Source of the DNA: Candidatus Marinacidobacterales bacterium | GTDB lineage: Bacteria > Acidobacteriota > Vicinamibacteria > Marinacidobacterales > DATDRI01 | Length of the DNA stretch: 64,000 nt | Assembly (NCBI GenBank): GCA_965222425.1 | Contig: CBDCTW010000018.1 | Location: 113,925 to 177,924 of the forward strand | Reading direction: 5' to 3' | Part shown: one piece after another, positions 43,847 through 57,431 of the stretch | Position numbering within the stretch: position 1 is the first letter of the stretch | Layout: every line of letters begins with the position of its first letter | Notes under the pieces: generated by a model | Told to the model about the DNA's origin: nothing | What the model saw: only the letters and a program-made list of their open reading frames with translations | Database searches by the model: none | Program-made: the position numbers and the translations under genes

Positions 43847-44284
43847 TGTTCGGGGAATTTTACCATAGGTTTCGTTCTTGATAAAATTGACGATATAGGC
43901 CACTCTTGGCCTGCTCTCCACGCGCGAAACAGGCGTAGAACGTGGCCTTATTGACGCCTGCGACGTCTGCGACCTACCCCCGGCATCCTTAGCCAGAACG
44001 CACTCCAGGATGGTTTTTTTGCGTTCGGGGGTCACTTTGTGTCCATTATTCTCTGTTAACTCCCTGTTTTTCAGGGTTGCCAGCCGAGACCGGATAGCTC
44101 CAAACTGCACCATCCGCCAACCTCCCTGCCTCAATACCCCTTAAAATCAAAAAGTTAGAAGGTTAGCCCACCTTTTCAACGAAAGGCTTGCACTTGTTTG
44201 GGGGCTTGGGCTCCGCCGCCTCGTGCTAGACTGGAGGGATCGCCTCGGCCAAACGCGCCGCTTCGGCTTTCTGAGACAAATCAC

Positions 44285-47200
44285 GTGATTGTGGCCCACG
44301 GAACCTGGATTCCGTCATCTGGAGGAGGAGGAAGGTTCTTCCTCTGGGGAGAAACCGGTTCGCCCGCGCCTCCCCGCGGTCGCACCAAGGCGGGTGCCGC
44401 ACCCGTTCATCCGTTTCACTCGCCTCGCCGGCAGATCGAAGAGGAGATCTTCGGGGCATTCGGGGAAAACGGTTACGACGCCAGCTTCTCACGAGCCGAA
44501 TCGGATTTTCTTCTGCCCAGCCTCGACGGAGAGCCGGTGGCGTCCCCCGAATTGGTCGTCGACGAGCGAGTGATCGCTCCCCCGAAACGCTTAGCCAAAT
44601 GGCGAATCCCGGGCCTATCGCTTGCGCCCATGACCGCGCTCGGATGGCTGGCGAGCCTCCCTGCCGACCTCGATCAAACGCCGGTACGGCTAGGGCAGGA
44701 TGTGCGCTTTTGGGCCACTGCGGCGCGTATGGCGCTCGAGCTCCTCGCGCGTCAGAGATTTTTACCCGGATTGGACGCCTCGAATTCTCGGGCCCGCGCT
44801 CTTTGGGAACCTTTACTGGATGAGGAGCACGAGCGGGTGGAAGGTTTGGCCTCGGCGATGCCTCCGGTCTGCCGCGCTCTCGTTCAAGCCAGCGGCAAAT
44901 GGGCCGAGCCCGACGACTTGTTGAACGATTTTCTGGCGACCGCCGTCGATGTCTTCGTGCGCCAGGCTGCATCCCGCCTGAGACTGAGACCTCGTTTCAT
45001 CGATAGCCAGGGTGCTCACTTCGCGGCTGCCCTTATGGATTCCGAGGGCGCGCTTTCTGCGACTGGAAACGAGAGACGCTCGTTGGAGCTCGAGCTGGCC
45101 GATTGGCGCCGGTCCTTGGAGGAGGAGACGGAAGCGCCTTTCCGGATCGCTTTCCGACTCGATCCACCTGAAGAAGAAGGCACCGGGGCCGGTGAAAAAT
45201 GGAGGCTCCAGTTTTTTCTGCAGGCTGTCGATGACCCGAGCCTCCTCATTCCCTTGGGTCGAATTTGGCGACACGCAGGGAGGAGTTGGCGTTATCTCCA
45301 ACGCCGCATGGATCGTCCGCAGGAGCGAGCCCTCGAAGCGCTCGGCCGCGCGTCGGCGCTCTTTGCGCCCATCGAAGAAAGCTTGAAGGAATCACGACCC
45401 GAGTATTGCGATTTGGACTTGGACGAGGCCTACGTTTTTCTCCGCGAGTCGGCTTTTCTCTTACGCGAAAGCGGCTTCGGCGTTCTCGTTCCGTCCTGGT
45501 GGGAAAAGCGGGAGGCGGGTTTTGGATTGAAGCTTCACGTGACCGCTCCCGAGGATCCCGGAAGGGTCGACTCGGCTCTCGGTCTCGAAGGACTCGTGGA
45601 GTTCGATTGGCAGGTCGCGCTCGGTGACGAGAGCTTGGACCGTGAAGAGTTTCTTCAGCTCGTCTCGCTCAAGCAGCCTTTGGTTCGGCTCCCTGGACGC
45701 TGGGTAGAGCTCAAAGAGGAGCATGTCGCGGAAGTGCTGAAGGTGATCGGCTCTCGGCCATCGCGAGCGGTGATGCCGCTTCGAGAAGTGCTGCAATTGG
45801 GTCTCGGACGCGGGGAAGACGGTTTGCCGGTCCGGGGCTTGGAAGCGGAGGGTTGGGTCGAAAGGCTTTTGGGAAGACTTGGGGGCACGGAGTCCCTACC
45901 GATGCTCGACCCGCCGGACGACTTCCACGGCCAGCTTCGACCCTATCAGGTTACCGGTCTTTCCTGGCTCTCCTTTTTGGGGAGGTGGGGCTTCGGGGCG
46001 TGTCTGGCAGATGACATGGGACTCGGAAAAACTATTCAGATGCTGGTGCTCCTCCTTCATCGCAGGCAAGCCGGCGAGCTGAAACGTCCGTTCCTTCTGA
46101 TCTGTCCCACTTCGGTGATGAGCAATTGGAAGAAAGAGGCGGAGCGGTTCGCCCCTCGGTTGCGAGTCTTGATTCACCACGGATTGGGGCGCCGTGAGGG
46201 AGACGCCTTTGTCCGACAGGCGGCGCGACACGACTTGGTGGTCTCGAGCTACAGTTTGGTCCATCGCGATCTGAAACATCTCTTGGCCGTTCAGTGGGAT
46301 GGTCTGGTTTTGGACGAGGCACAAAACATCAAGAACCCCGCCGCCAAGCAAACGAAGTCGGTGAAGCGTCTTGCCGCTCCGATCCGGGTGGCTCTTACCG
46401 GCACACCGGTCGAGAATCGCCTTTCCGAGCTGTGGTCGATCATGGAGTTTTTGAACCCCTCGTATTTGGGCTCCCATCTCTCCTTCAAACGACGTTTCGC
46501 AGTGCCCATCGAGAGGTACCGCGACCCAAAGGCTACCGAAGAGCTCCGCCGTCTCGTGCAACCTTTCGTGCTGCGCCGCGTGAAGACCGATCCCAAGGTC
46601 ATAAAGGATCTGCCACGAAAAAACGAAATGAAAGTTTTTTGCAGCCTGACTCGAGAGCAGGCGACACTCTACGAAGCCGTGGTGAGAGAGAGCCTGACTC
46701 GCATCGATCGTTCCGAGGGCATGGGCCGCAAGGGCGAGGTTCTCGTCGCGCTCACGCGACTGAAACAGGTGTGCAACCACCCAACTCATTACCTCAAGGA
46801 CGATAGCGAGCTCGATGGTCGTTCCGGCAAGCTAACCCGACTCACTGAAATGCTGGAAGAAGTGTTGGCCGAGGGAGATCGGGCCCTCATCTTTACTCAG
46901 TTCGCCGAGATGGGCCACATGCTGCAACGGCATTTGCGTGAAGCGCTTTCGACCGAAGTGCTCTTTCTTCATGGCGCCGTCCCCGTCCCTCAGCGCGACA
47001 AAATGATTACCCGCTTCCAAGAAGAAGCACCGGGACCGAGTGTCTTCGTGCTTTCGCTCAAGGCGGGGGGGTTCGGTTTGAACCTGACGCGTGCGCGGCA
47101 CGTCTTTCATTTCGATCGCTGGTGGAACCCGGCCGTCGAGAACCAAGCGACCGATCGTGTTTTCCGAATCGGCCAGACACGATCGGTTTCGGTGCACAAA

Positions 47201-47365
47201 TTTATATGTGCCGGCACCGTGGAAGAAAGAATTGACGAGCTCATCGAGCGAAAAAAAGAGCTCGCCAGCTTGGTGGTGCGTGCAGGAGAGGGATGGTTGA
47301 CCGAGCTTTCCATCGGCGATCTCAAAGAGCTTTTCTCACTGCGGCGAGACGCGGTACAGGACTAG
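44285..47365 (+). CDS. SNF2/SWI2-family helicase with DUF3670-type N-terminus
   Basis: LRPYQ, LADDMGLGKT, LDEAQNIKN, ALTGTPVENRL and DRWWNPAVENQATDR motifs. Start inferred at GTG 44285. Confidence 0.93.
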   Translation: MIVAHGTWIPSSGGGGRFFLWGETGSPAPPRGRTKAGAAPVHPFHSPRRQIEEEIFGAFGENGYDASFSRAESDFLLPSLDGEPVASPELVVDERVIAPPKRLAKWRIPGLSLAPMTALGWLASLPADLDQTPVRLGQDVRFWATAARMALELLARQRFLPGLDASNSRARALWEPLLDEEHERVEGLASAMPPVCRALVQASGKWAEPDDLLNDFLATAVDVFVRQAASRLRLRPRFIDSQGAHFAAALMDSEGALSATGNERRSLELELADWRRSLEEETEAPFRIAFRLDPPEEEGTGAGEKWRLQFFLQAVDDPSLLIPLGRIWRHAGRSWRYLQRRMDRPQERALEALGRASALFAPIEESLKESRPEYCDLDLDEAYVFLRESAFLLRESGFGVLVPSWWEKREAGFGLKLHVTAPEDPGRVDSALGLEGLVEFDWQVALGDESLDREEFLQLVSLKQPLVRLPGRWVELKEEHVAEVLKVIGSRPSRAVMPLREVLQLGLGRGEDGLPVRGLEAEGWVERLLGRLGGTESLPMLDPPDDFHGQLRPYQVTGLSWLSFLGRWGFGACLADDMGLGKTIQMLVLLLHRRQAGELKRPFLLICPTSVMSNWKKEAERFAPRLRVLIHHGLGRREGDAFVRQAARHDLVVSSYSLVHRDLKHLLAVQWDGLVLDEAQNIKNPAAKQTKSVKRLAAPIRVALTGTPVENRLSELWSIMEFLNPSYLGSHLSFKRRFAVPIERYRDPKATEELRRLVQPFVLRRVKTDPKVIKDLPRKNEMKVFCSLTREQATLYEAVVRESLTRIDRSEGMGRKGEVLVALTRLKQVCNHPTHYLKDDSELDGRSGKLTRLTEMLEEVLAEGDRALIFTQFAEMGHMLQRHLREALSTEVLFLHGAVPVPQRDKMITRFQEEAPGPSVFVLSLKAGGFGLNLTRARHVFHFDRWWNPAVENQATDRVFRIGQTRSVSVHKFICAGTVEERIDELIERKKELASLVVRAGEGWLTELSIGDLKELFSLRRDAVQD

Positions 47366-47377
47366 CGGGATGAGACG

Positions 47378-48190
47378 ATGACTTCCCAGCGCAAGAAACG
47401 AGACGTTTTCGCCGCGCGATGGTGGGCACAGCGCTGGATCGCCGTCCTCGAGCTTCTCGGTTTGGCGAACCGGTTAGAGAAGGGGCGCCGCTACGCTCGT
47501 TCTGGTCGCGTGATGCGACTCGAGATTCTGCCCGGGCGAATCGAGGCCGACGTCCAGGGTTCTCGCTACGATCCCTATCGAGTGAGATTCCGAGTTAAGT
47601 CTCTTTCGCGAGCCCAATGGGAAAAAGCCTTGGAAACGCTAGCCTCTCAGGCCTTGTTCGCCGCCAAACTGCTAGCCGGTGAGATGCCGCAAAATATCGA
47701 GGACGTCTTTCAAAGCGCGGGACTGTCCTTGTTTCCCACTTCTCAGGACGACCTCGTGACCGAGTGCTCGTGTCCGGATGTCGCGAATCCATGCAAACAC
47801 ATCGCGGCGGTGCACTACGTTCTGGCGGAGCAACTGGATCAAGATCCCTTCTTGCTGTTCCGACTACGCGGCCGGGATCGAGAGAAGATCCTCAAAACAC
47901 TCCGCGCGCACCGAGCCGCCGAAGCGTCGGGGCGTTCGGGTGTCCGCGAAAAGGCACCTTCCCTACGCGAGTCCATCGATCGATTCTGGCAGGCCGGTGA
48001 CGCGTTGAAGACCTTCGCGGTGTCGGTGGGCCCTCCGACGGTGTCCGTCTCGCTTCTCAAACGGCTCGGGGTTCCTTCGTTTTGGAAGGCGCACCCGGAG
48101 ATCCGCGGTGCCCTTGGCCGTCTTTACGCCAAGGTGACCGAGCGGGCCATGGCCCTCGCCTATGGCGGCGAGGGAGCTCGCCGTAACTAG
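47378..48190 (+). CDS. SWIM zinc-finger protein
   Basis: NRLEKGRRYAR, VQGS...PY and CSCPD.ANPCKHIAAV motifs; typical SNF2 partner. Confidence 0.92.
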   Translation: MTSQRKKRDVFAARWWAQRWIAVLELLGLANRLEKGRRYARSGRVMRLEILPGRIEADVQGSRYDPYRVRFRVKSLSRAQWEKALETLASQALFAAKLLAGEMPQNIEDVFQSAGLSLFPTSQDDLVTECSCPDVANPCKHIAAVHYVLAEQLDQDPFLLFRLRGRDREKILKTLRAHRAAEASGRSGVREKAPSLRESIDRFWQAGDALKTFAVSVGPPTVSVSLLKRLGVPSFWKAHPEIRGALGRLYAKVTERAMALAYGGEGARRN

Positions 48191-48303
48191 GGTTGACGGA
48201 ATCCGCCTCGGACTCTTCCCCCAGTTTCTGGCATCCAATTTGCCTAAGTACATTACTAAAGACGTCCCAGCACATTGCCGATACAAACAGTGGAGGTGGG
48301 GTC

Positions 48304-48921
48304 ATGAAAGTAAACCCCCAAAAAGACACAAGGTTACCTGTCCCTGGCCTTGCCAGGGGCGCAGTGATGCTAGCTTTGTTTTCCCTCACCTGGTGTGGGA
48401 TTGTGCCTACATTGGTACAAGCGGGTGGTACTTCGACCCCAGGGAGTCCCGGTGGTGAGGACGCTTCCGACCTTTCGAGCACCGTGATGCGATGCGGCCT
48501 CCAAGAGCCTTTGGCGAGTCAAATCGACCCGTGTCCTTTCCTCGAACAGGCGCATGGTCTCGTGCCTCGTCTGACACGATCGGCGACTGCGTACCTACAG
48601 AAAGTCGCACAGGGTTTCGATCTCGAACGCAGCCTGCGAGTGCAGCAGGCGCTTTTGCGCGAAGACCTGGTTTGGCAGAGCCGAGGTTTCAGTCGCCGCC
48701 AGATCGATGTCATGGTCTTCATCTCCGTTGTGTTGAGTTTGGAAGAGGCGGACGGCCGGCTGTCGGAGTTACGCCAGTTGTTCGTCGAGAGTGGTGATCC
48801 GAACGATCGGCGACGTATGGAGCGGATCGACATGTATCGCAGCCAGGCGGTGGTGCTCCTGGCACAGCTTTCCACTTCGCTCCGAAGCGTCCGCGAGAGC
48901 GAGCTCAGGTTCTACTTCTAA
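48304..48921 (+). CDS. Hypothetical exported protein
   Basis: RBS ggaggtgg, hydrophobic N-terminal segment and helical C-terminus. Confidence 0.55.
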   Translation: MKVNPQKDTRLPVPGLARGAVMLALFSLTWCGIVPTLVQAGGTSTPGSPGGEDASDLSSTVMRCGLQEPLASQIDPCPFLEQAHGLVPRLTRSATAYLQKVAQGFDLERSLRVQQALLREDLVWQSRGFSRRQIDVMVFISVVLSLEEADGRLSELRQLFVESGDPNDRRRMERIDMYRSQAVVLLAQLSTSLRSVRESELRFYF

Positions 48922-49109
48922 GCGCCTCAATGCGCGCTCAGTCGTCGGTCACGGCCGCGGGGCCCCACTGCCGCCTGGCTCGCTCCGGTCAATGCAACCA
49001 CGCAATTTGGCGGCCGGCAGGATCTGACACCCACGGCTCGTCCCTTCGCCGACAAGCGGCTACGGGACAGCTGACGGCTCTGTTTGCGCAGAGGTGCAGC
49101 GGCACCCTG

Positions 49110-49799
49110 CTAGTCGTCGAGCTCGATCTCCACGCGCTCGGAACGTCGAAGGCTCACCTTATTGAAGTGGAAATAACCCAGGCCGAGCACCATCCCGACT
49201 CCAAACCCGAACAAGTGAGTGCGGTGGCTCACCGTCGGCTCGAATACCGTTGGCATTAGTACGATGAGGCTGAACCCCATTGAACGCAGAAGTCTTTTCG
49301 CAGGCGAAAACCTTCGCTCGATAAAGAGATAGAGCGTGAGCCAAAACCCTGCCATCAAGTAATTGACTCCCGAAGCGCCCACCAGGATCGTCATCGGTGG
49401 ATACGTCGACAAGGACAGGGCCATGACCGCGACACCTCCGGCCAAGGCGAGTACCGGGTAAGCGACCGGACCGAAATAACCATAGAGCAAGAAGCTCAAG
49501 ACTCCGAAGACGACGGCATTGCTCAGCAAGTGTTGAAAGTTCGCGTGGATGCCGATGGCGGTGAGGAGTCGCCAATACTCTTTGTGGTCGAAGACCATCT
49601 CCGGCGTTGCGGCGAGCTGGGAAGTGAGCCTGAGAAAGTCTGTCCAATAGATTGCGGAGACTCCGAACAGCACAGCGACGCTTGCCAGAGCGATCCAACC
49701 ACTAACGCCCGCCGGTTTTCGCGAGAGGTGAGTTTCCCGGACGATTCTTGCACGCCTTGCTGACGTCTCGGGCTCTAGGGGTGGGTAGAATGAGCTCAC
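49110..49799 (-). CDS. Rhomboid-family intramembrane serine protease
   Basis: WRLLT, HANFQHLLSN, GASG and SHRTHLFG motifs. GTG start overlaps the thiO stop. Confidence 0.88.
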   Translation of the reverse strand: MSSFYPPLEPETSARRARIVRETHLSRKPAGVSGWIALASVAVLFGVSAIYWTDFLRLTSQLAATPEMVFDHKEYWRLLTAIGIHANFQHLLSNAVVFGVLSFLLYGYFGPVAYPVLALAGGVAVMALSLSTYPPMTILVGASGVNYLMAGFWLTLYLFIERRFSPAKRLLRSMGFSLIVLMPTVFEPTVSHRTHLFGFGVGMVLGLGYFHFNKVSLRRSERVEIELDD

Positions 49800-50908
49800 G
49801 CGTTCTTGAACCGAGTGACGGAGAACGGAGCTATTTCGAGCTCCGACGTCCCCCGAACGATGATATCGGCGGCGACTCGAGCCGTAACGGGAGCTAAGAG
49901 AATTCCGTTCCGGCAATGACCGGTCGCCATGTGGAGTCCCTCGATGGGAGTGGTGCCAAGGATGGGTAGTTGGTCGGGCGTGCAGGGGCGAAGTCCCGCC
50001 CATGCGGTATCGAATTCCGCACCTTCGAGATCGGGAAGAAGCCCGAAGCATCCCGTCATGAGCTTATGGACACCGGCCGCCTTGACTGAGCTATCGAAGC
50101 CGGCGAACTCCATCGTCGCTCCCAATAGAATACGGCCGTCCAGCCGGGGCACGATATAGAGCTCGTGTGAGTAGACGACATGCCGCGGTGCCGGCGCTGC
50201 CCTGAGCGCCACGATATCCCCACGGGCCGGACGAATCGGAATCGCGAACGGCAGCGTCGAATCGAAACCCGACCACGCCCCCGCGGCATTAACCGCTTGG
50301 GCGCAGGCCACGATGCCGTTCGCCGCTTCCACACCGGTCACTCTTTCGTTTTCATGCAGGATCCGCCGGGCTGGGTTTCCCGATTCGAAACGTACGCCGG
50401 CGCTAGCGGCGGCCCGGATGACCGCCTCGGTAACTCGTGGGCCTACCACTTGACCGTCGTTCGGAAAAAAGATGCCTCCACACAGGCCAGGACGAAGTGA
50501 CGGCTCCAGCTCCATCAGCTGTTTGGCCGACAGTTTTTCTACCGCGAGCCCCGCCTCGCTCTGCCATTGGAACCGCGCCGCAAGCTCCTCGTCCTCGGCT
50601 TCGGTCTCCGCCACCGCGACCACGCCGTCGAGTCGAAGCTCCACGTCCACGCCCGTCGTTTCCCGCAGCTCGTCGGCAAAGGATGGATAGAGCGCTCGAC
50701 TCGCGTGCGCGAGCTGGAAGAAGGGGGTCGGACCATTGGACTCCGCTTGCGGGGACAGAATTCCCGCCGCGACCCCTGACGCTTCTCGTCCAGGCTCGGA
50801 TTGATCCAGTACCGTCACGCGGAGATTTTCCTGGGCCAGGCGGAGCGCGATCGTCGACCCGATGACGCCTCCCCCGATGACGACGACGTCGGGTGTTTCC
50901 GATGTCAT
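49796..50908 (-). CDS. thiO: Glycine oxidase ThiO (FAD-dependent)
   Basis: GGGVIG, AAGILSPQAE, YIVPR.DGR, WAGLRP and GHCRNGILLAP motifs. Confidence 0.88.
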   Translation of the reverse strand: MTSETPDVVVIGGGVIGSTIALRLAQENLRVTVLDQSEPGREASGVAAGILSPQAESNGPTPFFQLAHASRALYPSFADELRETTGVDVELRLDGVVAVAETEAEDEELAARFQWQSEAGLAVEKLSAKQLMELEPSLRPGLCGGIFFPNDGQVVGPRVTEAVIRAAASAGVRFESGNPARRILHENERVTGVEAANGIVACAQAVNAAGAWSGFDSTLPFAIPIRPARGDIVALRAAPAPRHVVYSHELYIVPRLDGRILLGATMEFAGFDSSVKAAGVHKLMTGCFGLLPDLEGAEFDTAWAGLRPCTPDQLPILGTTPIEGLHMATGHCRNGILLAPVTARVAADIIVRGTSELEIAPFSVTRFKNA

Positions 50909-51091
50909 TCAGGGAATCCAGTCGGCGATGAAGACGTTAGTTGCGCCGCGCTCACGGGCGTCGCGATTGGAGGCGAAGACCTCGGCGTTCTCCGGCGATC
51001 ATGATAGCACGCGACTGAGGCAGGCCGTCCGCGGTATTGGCTCTTGGCCTTTCGGGCAGGATCGTCTACAATCCCTGGGGTCTCTCTTAGG

Positions 51092-52180
51092 GTGAAGGCA
51101 TTCTTAGTACTGGAAGACGGGCGCTCGTTCGAGGGTCGGTCCTTTGGTGCTGCCCGTGACGCGACGGGCGAAATCGTTTTCAACACGGCGATAACCGGCT
51201 ATCAGGAAATCCTCACCGACCCCTCGTATTGTGGGCAGATCGTTACCCTTACCTATCCCCACATAGGTAACTACGGAGTCAATAACGAGGATGTCGAGTC
51301 CGACCGTCCGCAAGTCGAAGCCCTCGTTGTCCGTGAGTCTTCCCCGGTGGCGAGCAATCACCGCTCCGAGGGGACGCTAGCGCATTACCTGCACCAGCAC
51401 GCCGTCCCCGCCATCTGCGGTATCGATACTCGAGCACTGACGCAGCACATTCGTTCGAAGGGGGCGATGCGTGCCGTCCTCACGACGACCGAAGCCCCGC
51501 CCGAAGAGCATGCGGAAAAGGCCCGCAGCGCTCAAGAGATGCTCGGTGCCGATCTGGCAAAGGTCGTGACCTGCCGCGAGCCTTATTCTTGGCCGGCTAC
51601 CACTCAAGAACGATTCCACGTGGTGGCTTACGATCTCGGGATGAAGCGAGGGATTCTCCGGAGTCTTGCCGCATGCGGCATTCGCACCACCGTCGTACCT
51701 GCCCAGACGCCGGCGCGCGAAGCGTTATCTCTCGAGCCCGACGGCATCTTCTTCTCTAACGGGCCCGGCGATCCGGAGCCGCTCACGTACGCCGTCGAAG
51801 CCGCCAAAGAGCTCGTTATGCGCTTGCCAGTTTTCGGCGTCTGCCTCGGACACCAAGTGCTTGGCCTTGCGGTCGGTGGCAAAACCTTCAAACTTCCGTT
51901 CGGCCATCACGGCGCGAACCATCCGGTCAAGAGGGCTTCCGACGGCGCCGTCGAGATCACTTCGCAGAACCACGGTTTCGCCGTGGAGGAAGACTCGTTG
52001 CGGGGTCTTCCCGTGGAGCTCACTCACTTCAACCTGAACGACGGCACGCTGGAAGGGTTTCGTCTCAAAAACATCCCGACGATGAGTGTTCAATATCATC
52101 CCGAAGCTTCACCGGGCCCACACGACGCGCATTATCTCTTCGAGGATTTCGTGAAGATGCTCGAGGACCGGAGAGGCTGA
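51092..52180 (+). CDS. carA: Carbamoyl-phosphate synthase small subunit
   Basis: [26 protein letters not shown] and [12 protein letters not shown] motifs. Confidence 0.97.
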   Translation: MKAFLVLEDGRSFEGRSFGAARDATGEIVFNTAITGYQEILTDPSYCGQIVTLTYPHIGNYGVNNEDVESDRPQVEALVVRESSPVASNHRSEGTLAHYLHQHAVPAICGIDTRALTQHIRSKGAMRAVLTTTEAPPEEHAEKARSAQEMLGADLAKVVTCREPYSWPATTQERFHVVAYDLGMKRGILRSLAACGIRTTVVPAQTPAREALSLEPDGIFFSNGPGDPEPLTYAVEAAKELVMRLPVFGVCLGHQVLGLAVGGKTFKLPFGHHGANHPVKRASDGAVEITSQNHGFAVEEDSLRGLPVELTHFNLNDGTLEGFRLKNIPTMSVQYHPEASPGPHDAHYLFEDFVKMLEDRRG

Positions 52181-52182
52181 GC

Positions 52183-55410
<3,228 letters not shown>

Positions 55411-55419
55411 GTTAGGGAG

Positions 55420-55881
55420 ATGAAACAAGCGATGATCAAAGATGTGGCCTTGTTGGTATTGCGTCTGGCCGGGCTCGGACTAGCCTTGGCGCACGGTTGG
55501 GGAAAGATCGCCGCCCTTGCTTCGGGAGAAAGTAGTGGGTTCATCGAGGGGGTTGGGCGGCTGGGGTTTCCAATGCCCGGTTTGTTCGCCTGGGCCGCGG
55601 GGCTTGCCGAATTCGCCGGCGGTCTTTTCGTTGCATTCGGACTCTTTACTCGCGTGGCCGCATCTTTCTCCGCCTTCACCATGCTGGTCGCTGGATTTTT
55701 GCGCCACAAATTCCATCTGCATTTGCTCGTCTGGCTCGGCCTTTGTCAAGCATCGGAAGAGACTATCGAGGGCTGGCGAGATCCGGAAAAGGCGCTCGTC
55801 TATTTTTTGATTTTCGTTGCTCTAACTCTGATGGGTCCGGGACGCTTGTCGCTGGACAGAATTGTCAGAAAAAAGGCTTAG
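55420..55881 (+). CDS. DoxX-family membrane protein
   Basis: LLVLRL..G...AHGWGK, EFAGGLFVAFGLFTR and GPGRLSLD motifs. Confidence 0.9.
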   Translation: MKQAMIKDVALLVLRLAGLGLALAHGWGKIAALASGESSGFIEGVGRLGFPMPGLFAWAAGLAEFAGGLFVAFGLFTRVAASFSAFTMLVAGFLRHKFHLHLLVWLGLCQASEETIEGWRDPEKALVYFLIFVALTLMGPGRLSLDRIVRKKA

Positions 55882-55940
55882 GAGCAACAAAGAGCGCGAC
55901 CGCTTTTCCAGAAACGGACGCGCTCGGAAGCTCGAGCCAC

Positions 55941-56564
55941 TTAGGAGCTCGGGACTTCGACTCCCACTTCGATCGGAGCGGATAGCTTTCGCTTGCCCCA
56001 CTGAATATCTAACGACGCCTTCGTCAGGTCGTCTTCATTCTTGGTTAGGTTTACAGTGAGCCTGGTGGCGGCTTCCGCAGCCATGGTGGTTGTCAAAGGA
56101 GCCTTGATTCCCCCCGTAGTCTCTTCGGCTGCGAAGGCGTCTATCTTTTTCTTCCGGAGCGGTTCGGGATCGAGAAGCACCAACGACCAGTCGTCACCCT
56201 GGCCTCGTTCGAGGACCACGTAGTAGTAACCGGGAGCGACTTCCGTCCCCGCTATCTTGAGCGGGAGGCTCGTATCCAAAGTTGTCCAGGAATTGTTTCC
56301 GAAGCGCCACCGCTTGCCTTTGGTCAGCTCGTCGAACCGTTCGTCATACTCGGCCTTCCATTCAGGCCGACCATAGGTGATGACAAACCCTCCCTCCGCG
56401 TTGAACTCGTCCTCCGAGGGTTGGTTGAAATAGGCGATGCTGGTGCTACCGCGCTCAGATTGACCATCGAAGGCCTGGAACTTCGCGTCCTGGGCCAGCA
56501 AGAGTGGCGTGGAAAGAGCCAAGCCGGCGACTGCCATGCTCAGCAGAATCGATCTCCTCGACAT
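55941..56564 (-). CDS. DUF2911-domain exported protein
   Basis: Signal peptide, ITYGRP, WRFGNN..TTL and VAPG.Y motifs. Confidence 0.8.
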   Translation of the reverse strand: MSRRSILLSMAVAGLALSTPLLLAQDAKFQAFDGQSERGSTSIAYFNQPSEDEFNAEGGFVITYGRPEWKAEYDERFDELTKGKRWRFGNNSWTTLDTSLPLKIAGTEVAPGYYYVVLERGQGDDWSLVLLDPEPLRKKKIDAFAAEETTGGIKAPLTTTMAAEAATRLTVNLTKNEDDLTKASLDIQWGKRKLSAPIEVGVEVPSS

Positions 56565-56690
56565 AATCAAACCTCCAAACTCAAGAAAGGCTAACAAAGA
56601 ACTCCCGCCCCGCCATCTAACCGGTGCGGCTCTAGCTCCACGAGCGGCGGGCCTTGGTCTCTGACTGGATTGGGCTCCCTAAGGGTGCGA

Positions 56691-56719
56691 AGCCTACAAT
56701 TTCTGTCGAGGCCAGTCAA
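56691..56719 (-). promoter_or_regulatory. Putative sigma70 promoter of the DUF2911 gene
   Basis: TTGACT-17-TAGGCT on the minus strand. Confidence 0.45.
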
Positions 56720-56745
56720 CATAGGGATGCGGGGGCTTATATAAT

Positions 56746-57416
56746 GGGTCTACGCGGATTCGTGTGAGTTGAAGACGGCATTTCTGGGTAATGGCGGAAG
56801 GAATGCCGCCACGATCTTCAGCTTGAGATATTCCTCGTCGCGATAGCCGTAGGCGCGTCGTTGCAGCACACGGATTTTGTTGTTGACCCCTTCAACTAGG
56901 AGGCGCAGACGTTCCATCTCGGCCACCGCCTTGTCCGGCATATCCCGGCACAGCTTGCCCACATGCGTCGCAAAACGCTAGGTGTAGCGCGAGTTGTTCG
57001 CCAGCCAGTCCAGGTGTTCTACATGCAAACCGCCGCACCCAGGACAGTTGACGCGCCAACGCTCGTATTCCAGAGAGATCCGCCAGCCTGCCAACGACAG
57101 GTCGCGGACCCGGCACACTTGCTTGTCATAGCGCCCCCGGCACCGTTGCCCACAGTAAGAGCAAACAGCTGTTTTTTTCGCCTCTTGAGCTGGATGACGC
57201 GGGCGTATCGGTCATCGAATACACCCTTCAATCCGGCACCAGCCACGAAACCTGGCAGCGCAAACAGCGAGCGGATCGACTGGGAATTTTTCACTCGGTC
57301 AGCCTATCCGAAAAATGGACCACTTTTCAGCACCTGATGAAGTCTGGATACCTTTCCCACACAATGAGTTACACTGTTTTCCGTCAGGACTTACCCACAC
57401 GAATCCGCGTAGACCC
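56746..57416 (-). mobile_element. Internally deleted ISL3 element (671 bp)
   Basis: Perfect 21-bp IR gggtctacgcggattcgtgtg; 8-bp TSD tatataat. The N-terminus with an A7C frameshift site is fused to the C-terminal EGVNNKIRVLQRRAYGYRD. Confidence 0.9.
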
Positions 57417-57431
57417 TATATAATGAACCGC

